Positions 36,660-50,116 are shown, counted from the stretch's first letter. The stretch: 64,000 bases of DNA from Squalus acanthias (GCA_030390025.1 CM059432.1:133860001-133924000); one strand, 5' to 3'. The notes: generated by a model not told the origin, from the letters alone. Numbers and translations are program-made.

Positions 36660-37385
36660 AATAAGGACATAAGAAATAGGAGCAGGAGTAGGCCATTCGG
36701 CCCTTCGAGCCTGCTCCGCCATTCAATGAGATCATGGCTGATCTTCTGCCTCAACTCCATTCACCGGCCCTATCGCCATATCCCTTGATGCCCTTACTAG
36801 TCAGAAATCTATCGACTTCTGTTTTGAATATACCCAATGACTGAGCCTCCACAGCCCTCTGGGGTAGAGAATTCCAAAGATTCACCACCCTCTGTGTGAA
36901 GAAATTTCTTCTCATCTCAGTCCTGAATGGCCTACCCTTTATCCTGAGGCTGTGGCCCCTGGTTCTAGACTCCCCAGCCAAGGAAAACATTCTCCCAGCA
37001 TCCACCCTATCAAGCCCTGTAATAATTTTGTATGCTTCAATGAGATCCCCTCTCATTCTTCTGAATTCAAGAGAATACAGGCTTAGTTTACTCAATCTCT
37101 TCTCATACGACAGTCCCGCCATCCCAGGAATCAATCTCGTGAACCTTTGTTGCACTCCCTCTATGGCAAGTATATCCTTCCTTAGGTAAGGAGACCAAAA
37201 TTGTACACAGTACTCCAGGTGTGGTCTCACCAAGGCCCTATATAATTGAAGTAAGACTTCTTTACTCCTGTACTCAAATCCTCTTGTAATGAAGGCCAGC
37301 ATACCATTTGCCTTCCTAATGGCTTGCTGCACCTGCACATTCACTTTCAGTGACTCATGTACAAGGACACCCAGGTCTCTGTAAT
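36660..37385 (-). mobile_element. CR1 3' fragment
   Basis: 212-aa open ORF2 C-terminus (36751-37389) plus 3'UTR. Confidence 0.93.
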
Positions 37386-38899
37386 GCAAGTGACTGCCTG
37401 TAATCTAGCAGTGTGTGTCACAGTGAGGGGTTAGGATCACAGTAGACAGATCACTGCCATAAACAGATCCATTGAGAAGAAGCCATTGGAATGGAAATTA
37501 GACAATCACAATGAGTAGGTGATTGTAATTGTAGGTTAGATTTCAATCAGAAAATGGAACACAATCCTACCTTTTACCAGCTGGAAAATTATTATCAAAC
37601 ATATCACAATTTCAGAGGCTTAGCAAAGTCTCTCTGATGTGTAACAGAAGGAGGATTGCAGAAGATACAATGGCCTAGAAAATGAGTTACGCCAGGATCG
37701 CGCCTGCCTCTGAACTCCGCTGCTGACCCCGCCTGGGTCCCAACTGAGGGCCGGGGTGTGGGATCTGCTGATTTAGGGAGTCCCTGCCCCTGAGCCCCGC
37801 CCCCTTACATCAGTAGCCTTGTCGAGGTGGGCAGAGCCTGTTCCCATATAAGGCCATACGGAATCTGTAGCTGAAGGCCCCAGCTGAGATTTTGGCCATT
37901 GCTGAAAGTGGAAAATTGTTTATTATCATCTTGGATTTTTTAAGCTGAATTTCCAACACAATGTCTCTACTGTCCCACAAAGAGAAAATTCTATCCTTGA
38001 TGATTAAAGCAGTCTTCATTATATGTGAAGTCACTGGACTGCACTTTCCTTTATTTTTAATTATTACATTTGCCTTAGAATTTTATAGACTATCCTAACA
38101 CAAAACTCAGTAAAATTGCTCAACTGTGAAGTGATATTAGAGAGGAAGGGAGAGAAAGCATCATATTTAATATATACTGACAAGCTAGCTTCTTTAATCA
38201 TGCTTATATAATAATGTTTGGGTACATAAGGATTCTTTGGGGTTTATTGTAGTTGTATTTTCAGGCTTTTTAAAATACACTCTTTCAGTGAACAGTTTAG
38301 TATTTGAAATTACATTGGTCTCAATCGATTTAAAATACTTAGTCAACGGTCAACGACGGAAAAATATAAAACCTGTCCCAGATGGTCTCCAGTGAGGGTC
38401 CAGTGGTTCAGTAGGGCGATGCTGAAGGCGCTCTAGCTTGAGAGAATGATTTCCACCATTCCATCAAGTCTGCTGCACACGCCGTTGATCCACGTGGATG
38501 TTTATTTGGGTCGGCGGTAACATCAGCATGAGGAACAAGGACAGGTCATGTGGGAGATGATGGAGCAACAGGGGCATATGCTGCTTGGTGGAGCAGAGAA
38601 GCAGCAGTTCAGCCACTCCTCACGTTGCTGCCTCCTGCTGCAACCTCCTCCAAGGAAGGTGAGGGCTCTCCCATTCCTTCAATCTTCAATTTGTCTGAAT
38701 CTGCACCAGAGGCCAAGAACACAAACATATCCTTCAGCTTTCATTTTCTCCTGGGTCTGTAAACAGAGATAATTTATTTTTTAAATGCAACTGGGGAGAA
38801 CTTTGGATGTAAGTACCTATCAGTGATTGTACTTAACTGTAGAGCTATCTGCCACTTTATTCATTTGAAGGATGAAGGCTACGTCTGTTGTGACATTAT

Positions 38900-39485
38900 G
38901 GAAATTCCAAGACTGTCCATAGCATTTCGCTCCTGTCTGTTGCTGGGTAAATCCAATGCTAGGATCATCCTGAGCCACCTCAACAGGCCCAATATAGACA
39001 ATGTTCTTCCTGAGTCTCTGAGGCTATTCATCTGAGAGAAGCATTGTGGATATGATCTTTGTTGCAAGATTAATTCAGCAGAAATATAAGAACAAGACGA
39101 AGATTTGTTCATGATCTTCATCGGCCCGCCAAAGGTCTTTTTACATTGTGAGCAGACAGGGACTACGGAAGCTCTTGATGCAGTTTGGCTGTCCTGACAA
39201 GTTTATCAGTATTATTCCGCAGTTACAAAATGGGACGTCAGAAGGTACGGCTACAATCAGGGCAATGTCTGATGCTTTCTCCATCACTAGTGGAATCAAA
39301 CAATAATGTGTTCTGTCATCCATCATGTTTGACCTCTTCTTCCTTGCCATGCTAAAGGAAGTCATGTCAGATCTCCTGGAAGGAGTGTAAGTCCAGTTCA
39401 GGATAGACGTAAATCTGTTCAACTTATGCAGACTATAAATTAAAGAAGCCGTCATTCATGAGATCCTGTTCACTGATAACTGTAC
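38900..39485 (+). mobile_element. Highly degraded RTE RT fragment
   Basis: ISLLSVAGK / ARIILSHL..NVLPES / FGCPDKFISII / FSITSGIKQ remnants. Confidence 0.7.
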
Positions 39486-39490
39486 ACTGT

Positions 39491-39957
39491 GTCAGCCTTG
39501 GCTCAGTGGTAGCACTCTCGCCTGAATCAGATGGTTGTAGGTTCAAGAACCCCTCCAGAGACTAAAGCACATGATCTAAGCTGACACTTCAGTGCAGTAC
39601 TGGGGGAGTGTTGCACTGTCAGAGGTGCCGTTTATCAGATGAGAAGTTAAATCGAGGGCACGTCTGCCTTTTCAGGTGGGCATAAAAGATCCCATGGCAA
39701 TATTCGAGGAAGAGCAGGGGAGTTCTCCCCAGTATCCTGGTCAACTTTAATCTCTCAAGCAATGTCAGTAAAACAGATTATCTGGTCACTTTTCTCAGTG
39801 GTGTTTGTGGGACCTTGCTGTTTACGAATTGGCTGCCACATTTCCCCTAAATTACAACAGCGACTACACTTCAAAAATGCTTCATTGGCGGTAAAGCACT
39901 TTGGGACGTCCTGGGGTCGCGAAAGGTGCTACAGAAATGTAAGTCTATCCTTTCCTT
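39491..39957 (+). mobile_element. Full-length SacSINE1-like (tRNA head, Deu domain, L2 tail) SINE
   Basis: A box TGGCTCAGTGG, B box GGTTCAAGAACC, Deu core, tail GGTGCTACAGAAATGTAAGTCT. Confidence 0.88.
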
Positions 39958-40314
39958 TATATGATGAATGCCACAACCATTTTATCTGGAACCGAACTGG
40001 TGGTTTGAGGAATACCTTGTGTGATGATGTTTTAACCTCTTAAGTGTTGATTCTAGCAGTACAGTGATACAAGTTAAACAAATTCAACACGGGCTAAAAT
40101 CTATTTTGCCATAATTTCACGCTGTCTTTTTATTTTTATAAACTGAGGCGAAATGATCAGGGGCATGTTCACTCTATAGACTGTCAATGCGTTGTTCCAG
40201 GAAGAAATAGAACTCAGCAACGCGTTTGTTAGAGTGCTGGCACCCTTTGGTCTAGATCCCGGCGAATTTGAGTGCACCTTACTCTCACTAAAGCTTGAAC
40301 CAGCTATGGAAGCC

Positions 40315-41615
40315 TAATTTCAGGTGATCATTCTTCTACCCCTGCCACAGCATCAAAAAGCCTCTAATCAAAGTCGCAAATGACATTCTCTGTGACGATG
40401 ACCACAGCGCACCACCCTTCCCTGTCCTCCTTGACCTCTCTGCAGCCCTTGACATGGTCAACCACACCAATCTCCTCCATCCTCTCTTCTGTTGTCCTGC
40501 TCAGTGGGACTGCCATCTCCGGCCTCCACTCCTTACCTATACAATCATACCCATTGCATCTCCAGCAATTGCTTCTCTTTCTGCCTCCACACCATTATCT
40601 CTGAAGTCCCCCAAGACTCTATCCTTAGGCCCCTGGTATTTCTTATCTACATGCTGCCACCCCCCCCCTTGGTGACATCATCTACAGACATGGGGTCAGC
40701 TTCCACAAGTATGTTGACGACAGCTTCTTCATCACCTCTTTTGACCTCGCCACTGCCTCTGTGTTGTTGGACTGCTTGACCGACACTGTCTTAGATGAGC
40801 CACAATTTCCTCCGGCTAAACATTGGGAAGGCCGAAGCCATTGTCTTTGGCCTCCGCCACAAACTCCATACCCCTGTGACCGATTGCACCCCCTCACTGG
40901 CTATTCGCTCAGCCTGAATCAGACTGTTAATAACCTTAGTGTCTTATTTGACCAAAAACTAAGCTTCTGATCCCATATCCTCTTCATCACAAGAAACGCC
41001 TACTTTCACCTCCATGGCATCACGCTCTTCTGCCCTTACCTTGCCACTGAAACCCTCATCCATGCCTTTGTCACTTCCAGATTTGACTATTCCAATGCTT
41101 TCCTGGCTGGCCTCCCTTCCTCCCTGCTGCCTATATCCTATTCTACATCAAGTTCTTCTCACCCATTCTCTTTGTCCATGCTAACCTATATTGATTTCCA
41201 GTCCACCAACATCTCAAATTTAAAATTCTCATCTTTGTGGTTAAATCCCTTCATGGCCTTACACCTGGCTATCTCAGTAATCTCCTCCAGCCTTTTAAAC
41301 TTCCCCTCTGCGAACTCTCCATGCTTCTAACTCTGGCCCCTTGTGCATCCACCCCCTCCCTTCACCCCACCATTGGCAACCATGTCTTAAGTCGCCAGGA
41401 CCCACGCTCTGGAATCAACTCTCTAAACCTCTCTACCTCCCTCTCCTCCTTTAAGACCCTCGTTAAAACCCACCTCTTTGAGCAAGCTTTTGGCTACCCC
41501 TCCTAAAATCTCCTTCATTGGCTTGGCATCCAGTTTTCGATTACACCTCTGTGAAGTGCTTTGGGGCATATTTCAATGTTAAAGGCATTACATAAATGCA
41601 GCTTCTTGCTGTTGA
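40315..41615 (+). mobile_element. Degraded L2 (RT to 3' end)
   Basis: LLDLSAALDMVNH, VPQDSILRP, KSLHGLTPGYL, FKTLVKTHLF motifs; TAAATGCAGC..TTGTTG tail. Confidence 0.85.
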
Positions 41616-41944
41616 AAAAAGAATGGGTCAATAATTAAATAAATTCAAATTAACACCAAAAATAACAGATTAAAAAGTAACATTTATTATGTTGTTCCAA
41701 AATGTTTTACCTTCCCCTATATTCTATACTTTCCCACTTGGTAGATTCATTATGATTGGTGTTAAGGGTTCAAGAATGTTTTACCAGGAGCTGCTCTATC
41801 AGCCAAAGTACTGGCAGAAGCTGGGGTCTCAAGAAGTTTGGACTTTATTCACTTCCTCCTTCCAATGTTGTGTCTTCATGATTGTCCTATGTGGGCTGAG
41901 GGCTGGTGGAGACCTTGCACTGCTGACACATCTCTGATATGTAA

Positions 41945-43510
41945 GGAAGAAAGAAAGACTTTTTTTTTATTCGTTCATGGTACGTGGGCGTCGCTGGCAA
42001 GGCCAGCATTTATTGCCATCCCTAATTGCCCTTGAGAAGGTGGTGGTGAGCCGCCTTCTTGAACCGCTGCAGTCCGTGTGGTGAAGGTACTCCCACAGTG
42101 CTGTTAGGGAGGGAGTTCCAGGAATTTTACCCAGCGACGATGAAGGATCAGCGACATATTTCCAGGTCAGGATGGTGTGTGACTTGGAGGGGAACCTGGA
42201 GGTGGTGGTGTTCCCATGCGCCTGCTGCCCTTGTCCTTCTAAGTGAAAGAGGTCGCGGGTTTGGGAGGTGCTGCTGAAGAACCCTTGGCGAGTTGCTGCA
42301 GTGCATCTTGTGGATGGTATATACTGCAGCCACGGTACGCCGGTGATGAAGTGAGTGAATGTTTAAGGTGGTGGATGGGGTGCCAATCAAGCGAGCTGCT
42401 TTGTTTTGGATGGTGTCGAGCTTCTTGAGTGTTGTTGGAGCTGCACTCATCCAGGCAAGTGAAGAGTATTCCATCACACTCCTGACTTGTGGAAAGGCTT
42501 TGGCGAGTCAGGAGGTGAGACACTCACTGCAGAATACCTAGCCTCTGACCTGCTCTTGTTGCCACAGTATTTATGTGGCTGTACCAGTTAAGTTTCTGGT
42601 CAATGGTGACCCCCAGGATATTGATGGTGGGGGATTCGGCGATGGTAATGTCATTGAATGTCATGGGGTGGTGGTTAGACGCTCGCTTGTTGGAGATAGT
42701 CATTGCCTGGCACTTGTGTGGTGCGAATGTTACCTGCCACTTATCAGCCCAAGCCTAAATGTCGTCCAGGTCTTGTAGCTTGTGGGCATGGACTGCTTCA
42801 TTATCTGAGGAGTTGCGAATGGCACTAAACATCAGCAAACATCCCCACTTCTGACCTTATGATGGAGGGAAGGTCATTGATGAAGCAGCTGAAGATGGTT
42901 GGGCCTAGGACACTGCCCTGAGGAACTCCTGCAGCAATGTCCTGGGGCTGTGATGATTGACCTCCAACCACCACAACCATCTTCCTTTGTGTTAGATATG
43001 ACTCCAGCCAGTGGAGAGTTTTCCCCCTGATTCCCATTGACTTCAGTTTTACCAGGGCTCCTTGATGTCACACTCGGTTAAATGCTGCCTTGAGGTCAAG
43101 GGCAGTCACTCTCACCTCACCTCTGGAATTCACCTCTTTTGTCCATGTTTGGACCAAGGCTGTAATTAGGTCTGGAGCCGAGTGGTCCTGGCGGAACCCA
43201 AACTGTGCATCAGTGAGCAGGTTATTGGTGAGTAAGTGCTGCTTGATAGCACTGTCGGCGACACCTTCCATCACTTTGCTGATGATTGAGAGTAGACTGA
43301 TGGGGCGGTAATTGGCCGGATTGGATTTGTTCTGCATTTATATAGCGTCTTTCACAACCTCAGGATGTCCCAAAATGACTTACAGCCAATTAAGTACTTT
43401 TGAAGTGGAGTCACTGTTGTAATGTAGGAAACACGGCAGCCAATTTGCGCTAGGCAAAGTCCCACAAACAGCAATGTGATAATGACCAGGGCACCGGGGA
43501 GAACTCCCCG
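41945..43510 (-). mobile_element. SacSINE1-like SINE split by the LINE
   Basis: AAGAAAGAAAGACT (41948-41960) rejoins TGCATTTATATAGCG (43333 onward) to give the normal tail. Confidence 0.75.
41961..43333 (-). mobile_element. CR1/Jockey-group LINE (second family), inserted into a SINE tail
   Basis: NYRPISLLS, LDLKAAF, GVPQGSVLGP motifs; poly(A) at 41960; reverse complement of the 8845-10015 family. Confidence 0.92.
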
Positions 43511-43947
43511 GCTTTTACATTACATTACATTACAATGGGGCATTTTGTCCAGCTCACCCACAAAACATAACTGGCCCATCCATGGCCCCTGAAACCCATG
43601 ATTGCAGACCTTGAAGCTCAAATTAACCTGACTGCTCATCCTAGCATTCATTTAAACAGCCTCTTTGTAAAGGTGTGCTTGCTTGTGTTGCTACGGAAAT
43701 TTGAACACAGTTGCAGAAATAGAGATGTGTAAATATGCATTCGAATCAAACCAGCATAAAATGTACAATGGATACCTGCCGGGTTCAATATATGTGGTTT
43801 AATTAATATTCTACAGGAAATACAAACAAAGCCAAGCCACGCTGGTTCTTGTAAAATCATGGTATAGGTATTGATAAGGACCATTTAATTTTGCATGTGT
43901 GCATTTTCATTATCTAGAACCAACATTAATAGGAGTGCTATAGCAAT

Positions 43948-44127
43948 AGCCCCGATTTTAAGCTCACTTTTACCTGGCGGGAATGGGGCAAGCTCGACTC
44001 TGAAGCCTGTTTAACACCCTGTCTGATTTTACTCTTCATTCACTTCACGCGGGCAGGGGTGTAAATCGGGCATCCGAACCCGAACAAAGCCCATTCCCAC
44101 CGGGCAGCTTAAGTTAAAATCGGGACT
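43948..44127. mobile_element. Short palindromic MITE
   Basis: AGCCCCGATTTTAA / TTAAAATCGGGACT ends; inner GGGAATGGG / CCCATTCCC pairing. Confidence 0.65.
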
Positions 44128-44424
44128 CCGTTACCTTTAAGTAAAACACTTTCCCCCCACCCCCCCCCGCCCCCATTACATGAGGAGCCCATTTTATATT
44201 CTGAGGTAAATCACCACCATTGAAATCTTGGAAATAAACATGGCGCCACGCAGGAGAAGTCACCAAACTATAACGGCAGCAAAAGGGAAAATGGTGATGC
44301 TGACGGAAAAGTGTTGTTTCCCTCATTGGCTACGAATGGACAGGCAATTCAGTCATGACTGAAACTGCCAAACTCAAATGGAGAAGCTCAGATCTAGGAG
44401 AAATCAGAAACAAAAATTAAGCCT

Positions 44425-44700
44425 AGGTAAATCTTCATCTTTACCACCTGAGTGATGATTTGGACCGAATCATCTGTCCATTATAGAACCCACCCAATTT
44501 ACATCAATAGGGTGAAAATTGGGCAGGTTCTACAATGGGTAAGTGACCCGCTCCACCAGAGTGCTGCCCAGGTGGTGATGACATATGAACAGGAGTAGGC
44601 CATTCAGCCCTTCGAGTCTGTTCCACCATTCAATTAACTCCTTCTACCCACCTTAGTTCCGTAACTCTTAATACCCTTGCCTAATGGCGATAGTTTACCC
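44425..44700. mobile_element. Short palindromic MITE interrupted by a CR1 tail (44580-44685)
   Basis: CCATTATAGAACCCACCCAATTT / AAATTGGGCAGGTTCTACAATGG fold-back; GGTAAA / TTTACC ends. Confidence 0.5.
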
Positions 44701-44774
44701 CAATGCGACAGCTTTTACACAGATTTGTAGCACACTCACAGCCACCTGTTTTTTTCCCCTCTATCACCCAATAG

Positions 44775-45400
44775 TTTACAGCACAGAATGAGGCTAATCA
44801 ATTCATTATGCCTCTGCTGGCTGTTTCCTAGGACAGAGGTAATCCCACTGCCCTGCTCTCTTCCCATAACCCCATACCTTCCTCAGCTTCAAATATTTGT
44901 CCACTTTTCCCTTAAATGACACCATGGTCTCTGGCCCAACCATTCCCTGTGGTAAATCATGCCATGCTCCAACAACCCTGTGCGTAAAGAAATTTCTCCT
45001 AGCCGCCCTCCTCACTTTCTTTCAGACAATTTAAAACTTGATGACCCCCTTGTCACTGATTCACCAATCAGTGGATATAGTCATTCTCTATTCACGTTAT
45101 CAGAATCCTTCATCATTTTAAAAACCTCAATTAAATCTCTTAGTCTTCTTTGCTTCAATGGAAACAGTGCCAGTAGCTAAAGTCTCTCCTTATAACTCCT
45201 TCCTGGAATTATCCTAGTGAATCTACGCTGTGTGCGCGATACGGCTTTAATGTCCTTCCTATAATAGGGCTCCCAGATCTGCACATGTTACCTTGTACAA
45301 ATTTATCATGACCTCTTTGCTGTTGTACTCTTCAGCTGTATTTGTAAAACCCCAAAATGTTATTGACCTTTTCATGGCTTTATCTACCTGCATTTACACT
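44775..45400 (-). mobile_element. Degraded CR1 3' fragment
   Basis: RRNFFTHRVVGAWHDLPQ..FKGKVDKYL in reverse. Confidence 0.82.
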
Positions 45401-45422
45401 TTAAAGAAATAATCCCCAAAAG

Positions 45423-45505
45423 CGGGTGGGTTTGGGTCGGGTGGGTTTGGGTCGGGTGGGTTTGGGTCGGGTGGGTTTGGGTCGGGTGGGTTTGGGTCGG
45501 GTGGG
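45423..45505 (+). repeat. 15-bp tandem repeat (CGGGTGGGTTTGGGT) x5.5
   Basis: Perfect units read directly from the sequence. Confidence 0.97.
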
Positions 45506-45939
45506 AAGTAAAAATATTAACAATTTCAAACAGAAGCCCAACCCACCTCGAACCCGCCCACTTCCGGTTTTAACGTAGGCGGGACGTGGGGCGGGCGACC
45601 TATCCGCTCACAGGAGGCGGGCCGGTTGTTGAGACCTTTTAACTAAGCTACGTACCTTCAATTGAACAGGGTTTGTATTTTTAACCCATGTTGACTGGGT
45701 TTCACAGGCCTCGGGATAACTGGCAAGTAAAAGGAGGTGAGAAGGGCTGAATCCATCGGGTAAGTGCTTGTGGGGCAGGAGGAGCAGGAGTGTTCCCTCC
45801 CGGCCCAACGAGCTTACCCTGTAAACACACCCCCCTACCCCCCACCTGCACGATATCCCCCACAACCTCCCCCTAAATCACCGTCGCCCCAATCTCCCCC
45901 GAACCCGCTCGCGATCTCCCCCCTGCGATCTGTCAGCAT

Positions 45940-46635
45940 CCCCGATCCCCTTGATCACCCCCGACCCCCGCGATCACCCCGACCCCCGTGATCACCCCGA
46001 CCCCCGCGATCACCCCGACCCCCGTGATCACCCCGACCCCCGCGATCACCCCCGACCCCCGCGATCACCCCGACCCCCGCGATCACCCCGACCCCCGCGA
46101 TCACCCCCGACCCCCGCGATCACCCCGACCCCCGCGATCACCCCGACCCCCGCGATCACCCCGACCCCCGCGATCACCCCGACCCCCGCGATCACCCCCG
46201 ACCCCCGCGATCACCCCCGACCCCCGCGATCACCCCGACCCCCGCGATCACCCCGACCCCCGCGATCACCCTGACCCCCGACCCCCACGATCACCCCCGA
46301 CCCCCGCGATCACCCCGACCCCACGATCACCCCCGACCCCCGCGATCACCCCGACCCCCGCGATCACCCCCGATCCCCTTGATCACCCCCGACACCCGCG
46401 ATCACCCCGACCCCCGCGATCACCCCGACCCCCGCGATCACCCCCGATCCCCACGATCACCCCCGACCCCCGCGATCACCCCCAACCCCCGCGATCACCC
46501 CGACCCCACGATCACCCCCGACCCCCACGATCACCCCGACCCCCGCGATCACCCCGACCCCGCGATCACCCCTGACCCCCGCAATCACCCCCGACACCCG
46601 CAATCACCCCCGACCCCCGCAATCACCCCCGACCC
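45940..46635 (+). repeat. C-rich 18-19 bp minisatellite (CCCCGACCCCCGCGATCA)n
   Basis: Roughly 35-38 units read directly from the sequence. Confidence 0.97.
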
Positions 46636-47182
46636 CCGGGGATCACTCCTGACCTATGTTTCCTGTAATTTTTCACGGTTTTTACATTTAAATGCCAGCA
46701 AGCCAGGTGTGCAGGACACCTGGAGCAGAGCGCAGCCACACGGCCGCTCCCCTTACAGTGAACACTGCCCCCGACCCCCCCGCAATCACCGCTGACACCC
46801 CCCGGCGATCACCTCTGACCCCCCCAACCACACTCTAGCCACCCCCCTCCCCCCAGTGATCTCTCCCCCCCCCCCCTCCACCCACCAGCATCACTAAACT
46901 TACCTGCTCCTTGATTACGGCATTTTCTGGAGCCTTCCTCACCCGACAGGCCTGTCATTCAGGCTGGCTTTCAGACTCCGCTCTGACACTCCGCCCCAGT
47001 GTATTTGAATGCCCAGGTCGCTCTGTTCACCTGCACCCTTTTTCCACTGAGTGTAGGCGCCCTTTCTTGCAAGCAAATGATGTGCTTCTGTTTGCTATTT
47101 TAACAGCGTCATTAACCCATTTAAAATTAACAGGTTACATCAGGTTATGTTAAAATCGCATTTGTCCCGAAGCATTCATTCA

Positions 47183-47430
47183 CTACAACAACAACAACAA
47201 GCTTGGTCCATGCAGTAGGTTTTAAGGAGAGCCGTAAAAGAGGAGAAGGAGGTGGAGAGGTGGAGAGGCTTTAGGGAGAGAATTCCAGAGTGTGGGGTAC
47301 GTCGGCATGGCCACCAATGGTGGAGCGAAAGGAAGAGGGGAGGGGCGGAATGTAAAAAAGACCAGAGCCAGAGGAATGGAGGCCTTGGTGGCAAGGGGTG
47401 GATGGGATGGAGGGTCTGGGGAGGGTCGTA
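47183..47430 (-). mobile_element. L2 3' fragment
   Basis: (CAA)n tail; LWNSLPK / LLKTY motifs in reverse. Confidence 0.75.
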
Positions 47431-49544
47431 TTGCCATTGATAATCTCTATTTCCTCTAATTGTATCTCTTTTTTCCCCAACGTCAATTCAGTTATTAATT
47501 CTTGCATCCTGTCGGGAGTTCAAATGCTAAGGCTCCCATGACACACTTTCCTGCTAGTTTGGAGGGCAGGTCACTGATCCTCACTCCGAATCAATCACTG
47601 ACGGCATGACTGTCCGTACATACCTTTATTTCAAGTTTTATTTAACAATGTCTGTGTTGCATATTTTCCCAATCGCACTATTTGCCCGTTTTATCGCAGG
47701 GCTGTATGCACACTGCATGCAAATTGATGATAAATTTTAAAATTATACAGCAGTGGGCAGCCTGAAACCCTAATGTTAAAAGAATTAATTTTTTTTAGTC
47801 TCAAAAATGTTCTAATTGCAGGGCTTTTATTCAAGGAGAGCACTTTCTGCTGACCTGTACAAATGTTTAATTACATGCGGTGTCAATAGCAACTGATGGC
47901 TGACAGTATAAACATTTTAGTTGCAACTGCCTAAAGCTTGACTGTACATTACTTATTAACAAGATGTGGGCTGCAGCAATTATAACATTTTCTCCTAATG
48001 TCCCCATTTATTGTGCCACAGCAGCAGGCCCTGATTCACAGTACACGCAGGCTGGAAATAACAGCTCTGGGACTTGCGAAAAACTGGCACTGGGCACGCT
48101 GTGTGATTTAGCTCAGATTGATAAAAAAGCACAGATTAGCTCTTCCCCTCACAGGCAGGAGATCCTGAAGGTCAGTATAGCCGCCGGGATAACCGTGGGG
48201 CCTGGGAAATGATTGCACACAATGAGACAAAAGGAGAGCGAGTAGATATATATATATATATATAAAAAAAACACAACTTGCTTTGCAGTTTGATTATTGT
48301 TTATAGATATACTGAGCCAAGAATTAAACCATAGCCTTGAGGCAGCATAATTATTTACAGCTGAAGACTCATATCATTATCAGCATGTTCCTAATTGCTT
48401 GAAGTAATATCAATGTTAGTGGATTTAACAAGTTTCTTGATACTTGCGTGGAAAATCGTATTCCTACGTCTGCGGAGGCGATTGCTTTAATTGTCAGTGT
48501 GGGATTTTGTCAATTTGTGACTTGTCGCTGGAGAGCAATCATTGTTTTCTCTTTTCACCAAGATAATGCGGAGTGGAGTGATATGTTTTGATTTGTGCTA
48601 ATGCTTATCTAAAACCCCACCTTTGTTCGGAGCATAATAAGCGCCATGTGATGAAAAGTTTGTTGCAGTGTAACCTGAATGGTGTGATGACTAATGCCTT
48701 GGGTATTTACTTAACATACGCTTTTGTTATTTTCTTTCAAAAAAAAAACTGCAGTACCTGGCAGCAGACTGGCAACTCTGATACAGTAAGAGCAAGCTGC
48801 TGTCAGAACGAACCAGATTAGTCAATCCTTATGGCGAGAGCAAATTTCAGATAGTAGCTGAAGCGTGACCATTATGATCACAGCGTAGTGTTTATGCATA
48901 CACAGGAACAATGATGTGACCCAGCAATCACGGAAAATACATTCCTCCATCTTTCAGACTATGCCATGCTTAAAATTGTGGTTGGCTCACGTGGGTGAAA
49001 CGAGATCAACTTGGAATTCATTGTGGTGATAGTAATTAAATTGTATATTTTGCATTTCTATAAGCCCCCGAGTACTAAATGCACGGTAGCTTAAAGCCTT
49101 TTGACAGATATTACACCACACTTTCACCCTGCAGGGCTCTGCAGCAACATTTATTTTATTTTTTTTTGGTCGGCAAACATCTTAAAATGAGACAGGATTA
49201 GAATTTCTGAGTTTGTTGCAAAATGACTTTCTCCGCGAGAGTTATTTTTTTCCGAGTGTTCCATCATTAAATACTTCTCACAACATTCCAGGAGAGTTTT
49301 ACAGGTTTGGGCATTAAACAGTATAGAGGATTGAATGAATTCATTGGAATCTTACATACTCAATCATTTCGAAAGGACACTAAAGTTGCATGGAGCTGGA
49401 CACATGCATACTGGAGTGTATCAGGACTGACTGCACTGACTAAATGAGGGACAAATGAGAACATGATGTTAGCTTAATTCTATCAAGACCTTCCCAAGGA
49501 GATTCTTACCATAAAATCCAGGTTGTAAATCACACTGAGATATA

Positions 49545-50116
49545 GGGGTAGAAATTGGTATACGTTGCGCCCATTTTTCTGGCGTAAAACGGGCGCACGC
49601 ATACCATTTTAACAGTGGGACGGCCAGCGCTAGTCTGCGCAGACTTTGGTTCCGCTGCTAAATGAGTGGGGGCCTTTATTTAGGTGTCCGCCCAGGATGT
49701 TGGGCCCCTTAAATATGTAAATTAGGGGCCTAAGGCCGGTTGCAGGAAATTAGTGGGCGATAAGCAGAGCGGCCTTCGGGCCTGCCCAACTCAGGATTCT
49801 TCCGTGGGACCCCCTACGGCCGCTAACTCCAAGTAAGTTCATTTTTGTTTTTACGTTAAAGAAATGCCCATCCTGTGGCACCAGCAGGAGTGATCCTCTG
49901 ACTCCACTGGAGTTGCAATCGCCCAACCCTCCCCACCCATTGCCCGCACAAATCCCCGGTCATATTTTAGGTCCGCTGTCGGCGAGGCAGGCATTGATGT
50001 CCCCCGCCTGTATGCTGAGGAGGCCCGAGGACCAAATTCCTTGGGCTTCTTGGTTCAGGCGTGCGCCAACCATACCAGACTAGGCCCGAAAATGGGCAAA
50101 GACCAAAAGCTACCCC
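49545..50116. mobile_element. Harbinger-type MITE (family D)
   Basis: TIRs GGGGTAGAAATTGGT / ACCAAAAGCTACCCC with 3-bp TSD ATA on both sides. Confidence 0.8.

Larger units (their letters stand above)
45410..47160 (+). mobile_element. Harbinger-like non-autonomous element (family C) with internal minisatellites
   Basis: 45525-45830 is the reverse complement of 51315-51635 and resembles the right end of the Harbinger (55480-55752); termini unclear. Confidence 0.55.

Noticed and set aside
39491..39565. tRNA gene
   Set aside because: The A and B boxes belong to the SINE head and continue into the Deu domain; no intact cloverleaf.
45940..46635. CRISPR-like repeat array
   Set aside because: Units are head-to-tail with no unique spacers, no cas genes, and the context is vertebrate.
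45764..46795. Pro-rich ORFs (PRDHPD, PPRSPR, PAITPT)
   Set aside because: All three frames read through the minisatellite; no sign of a real gene.
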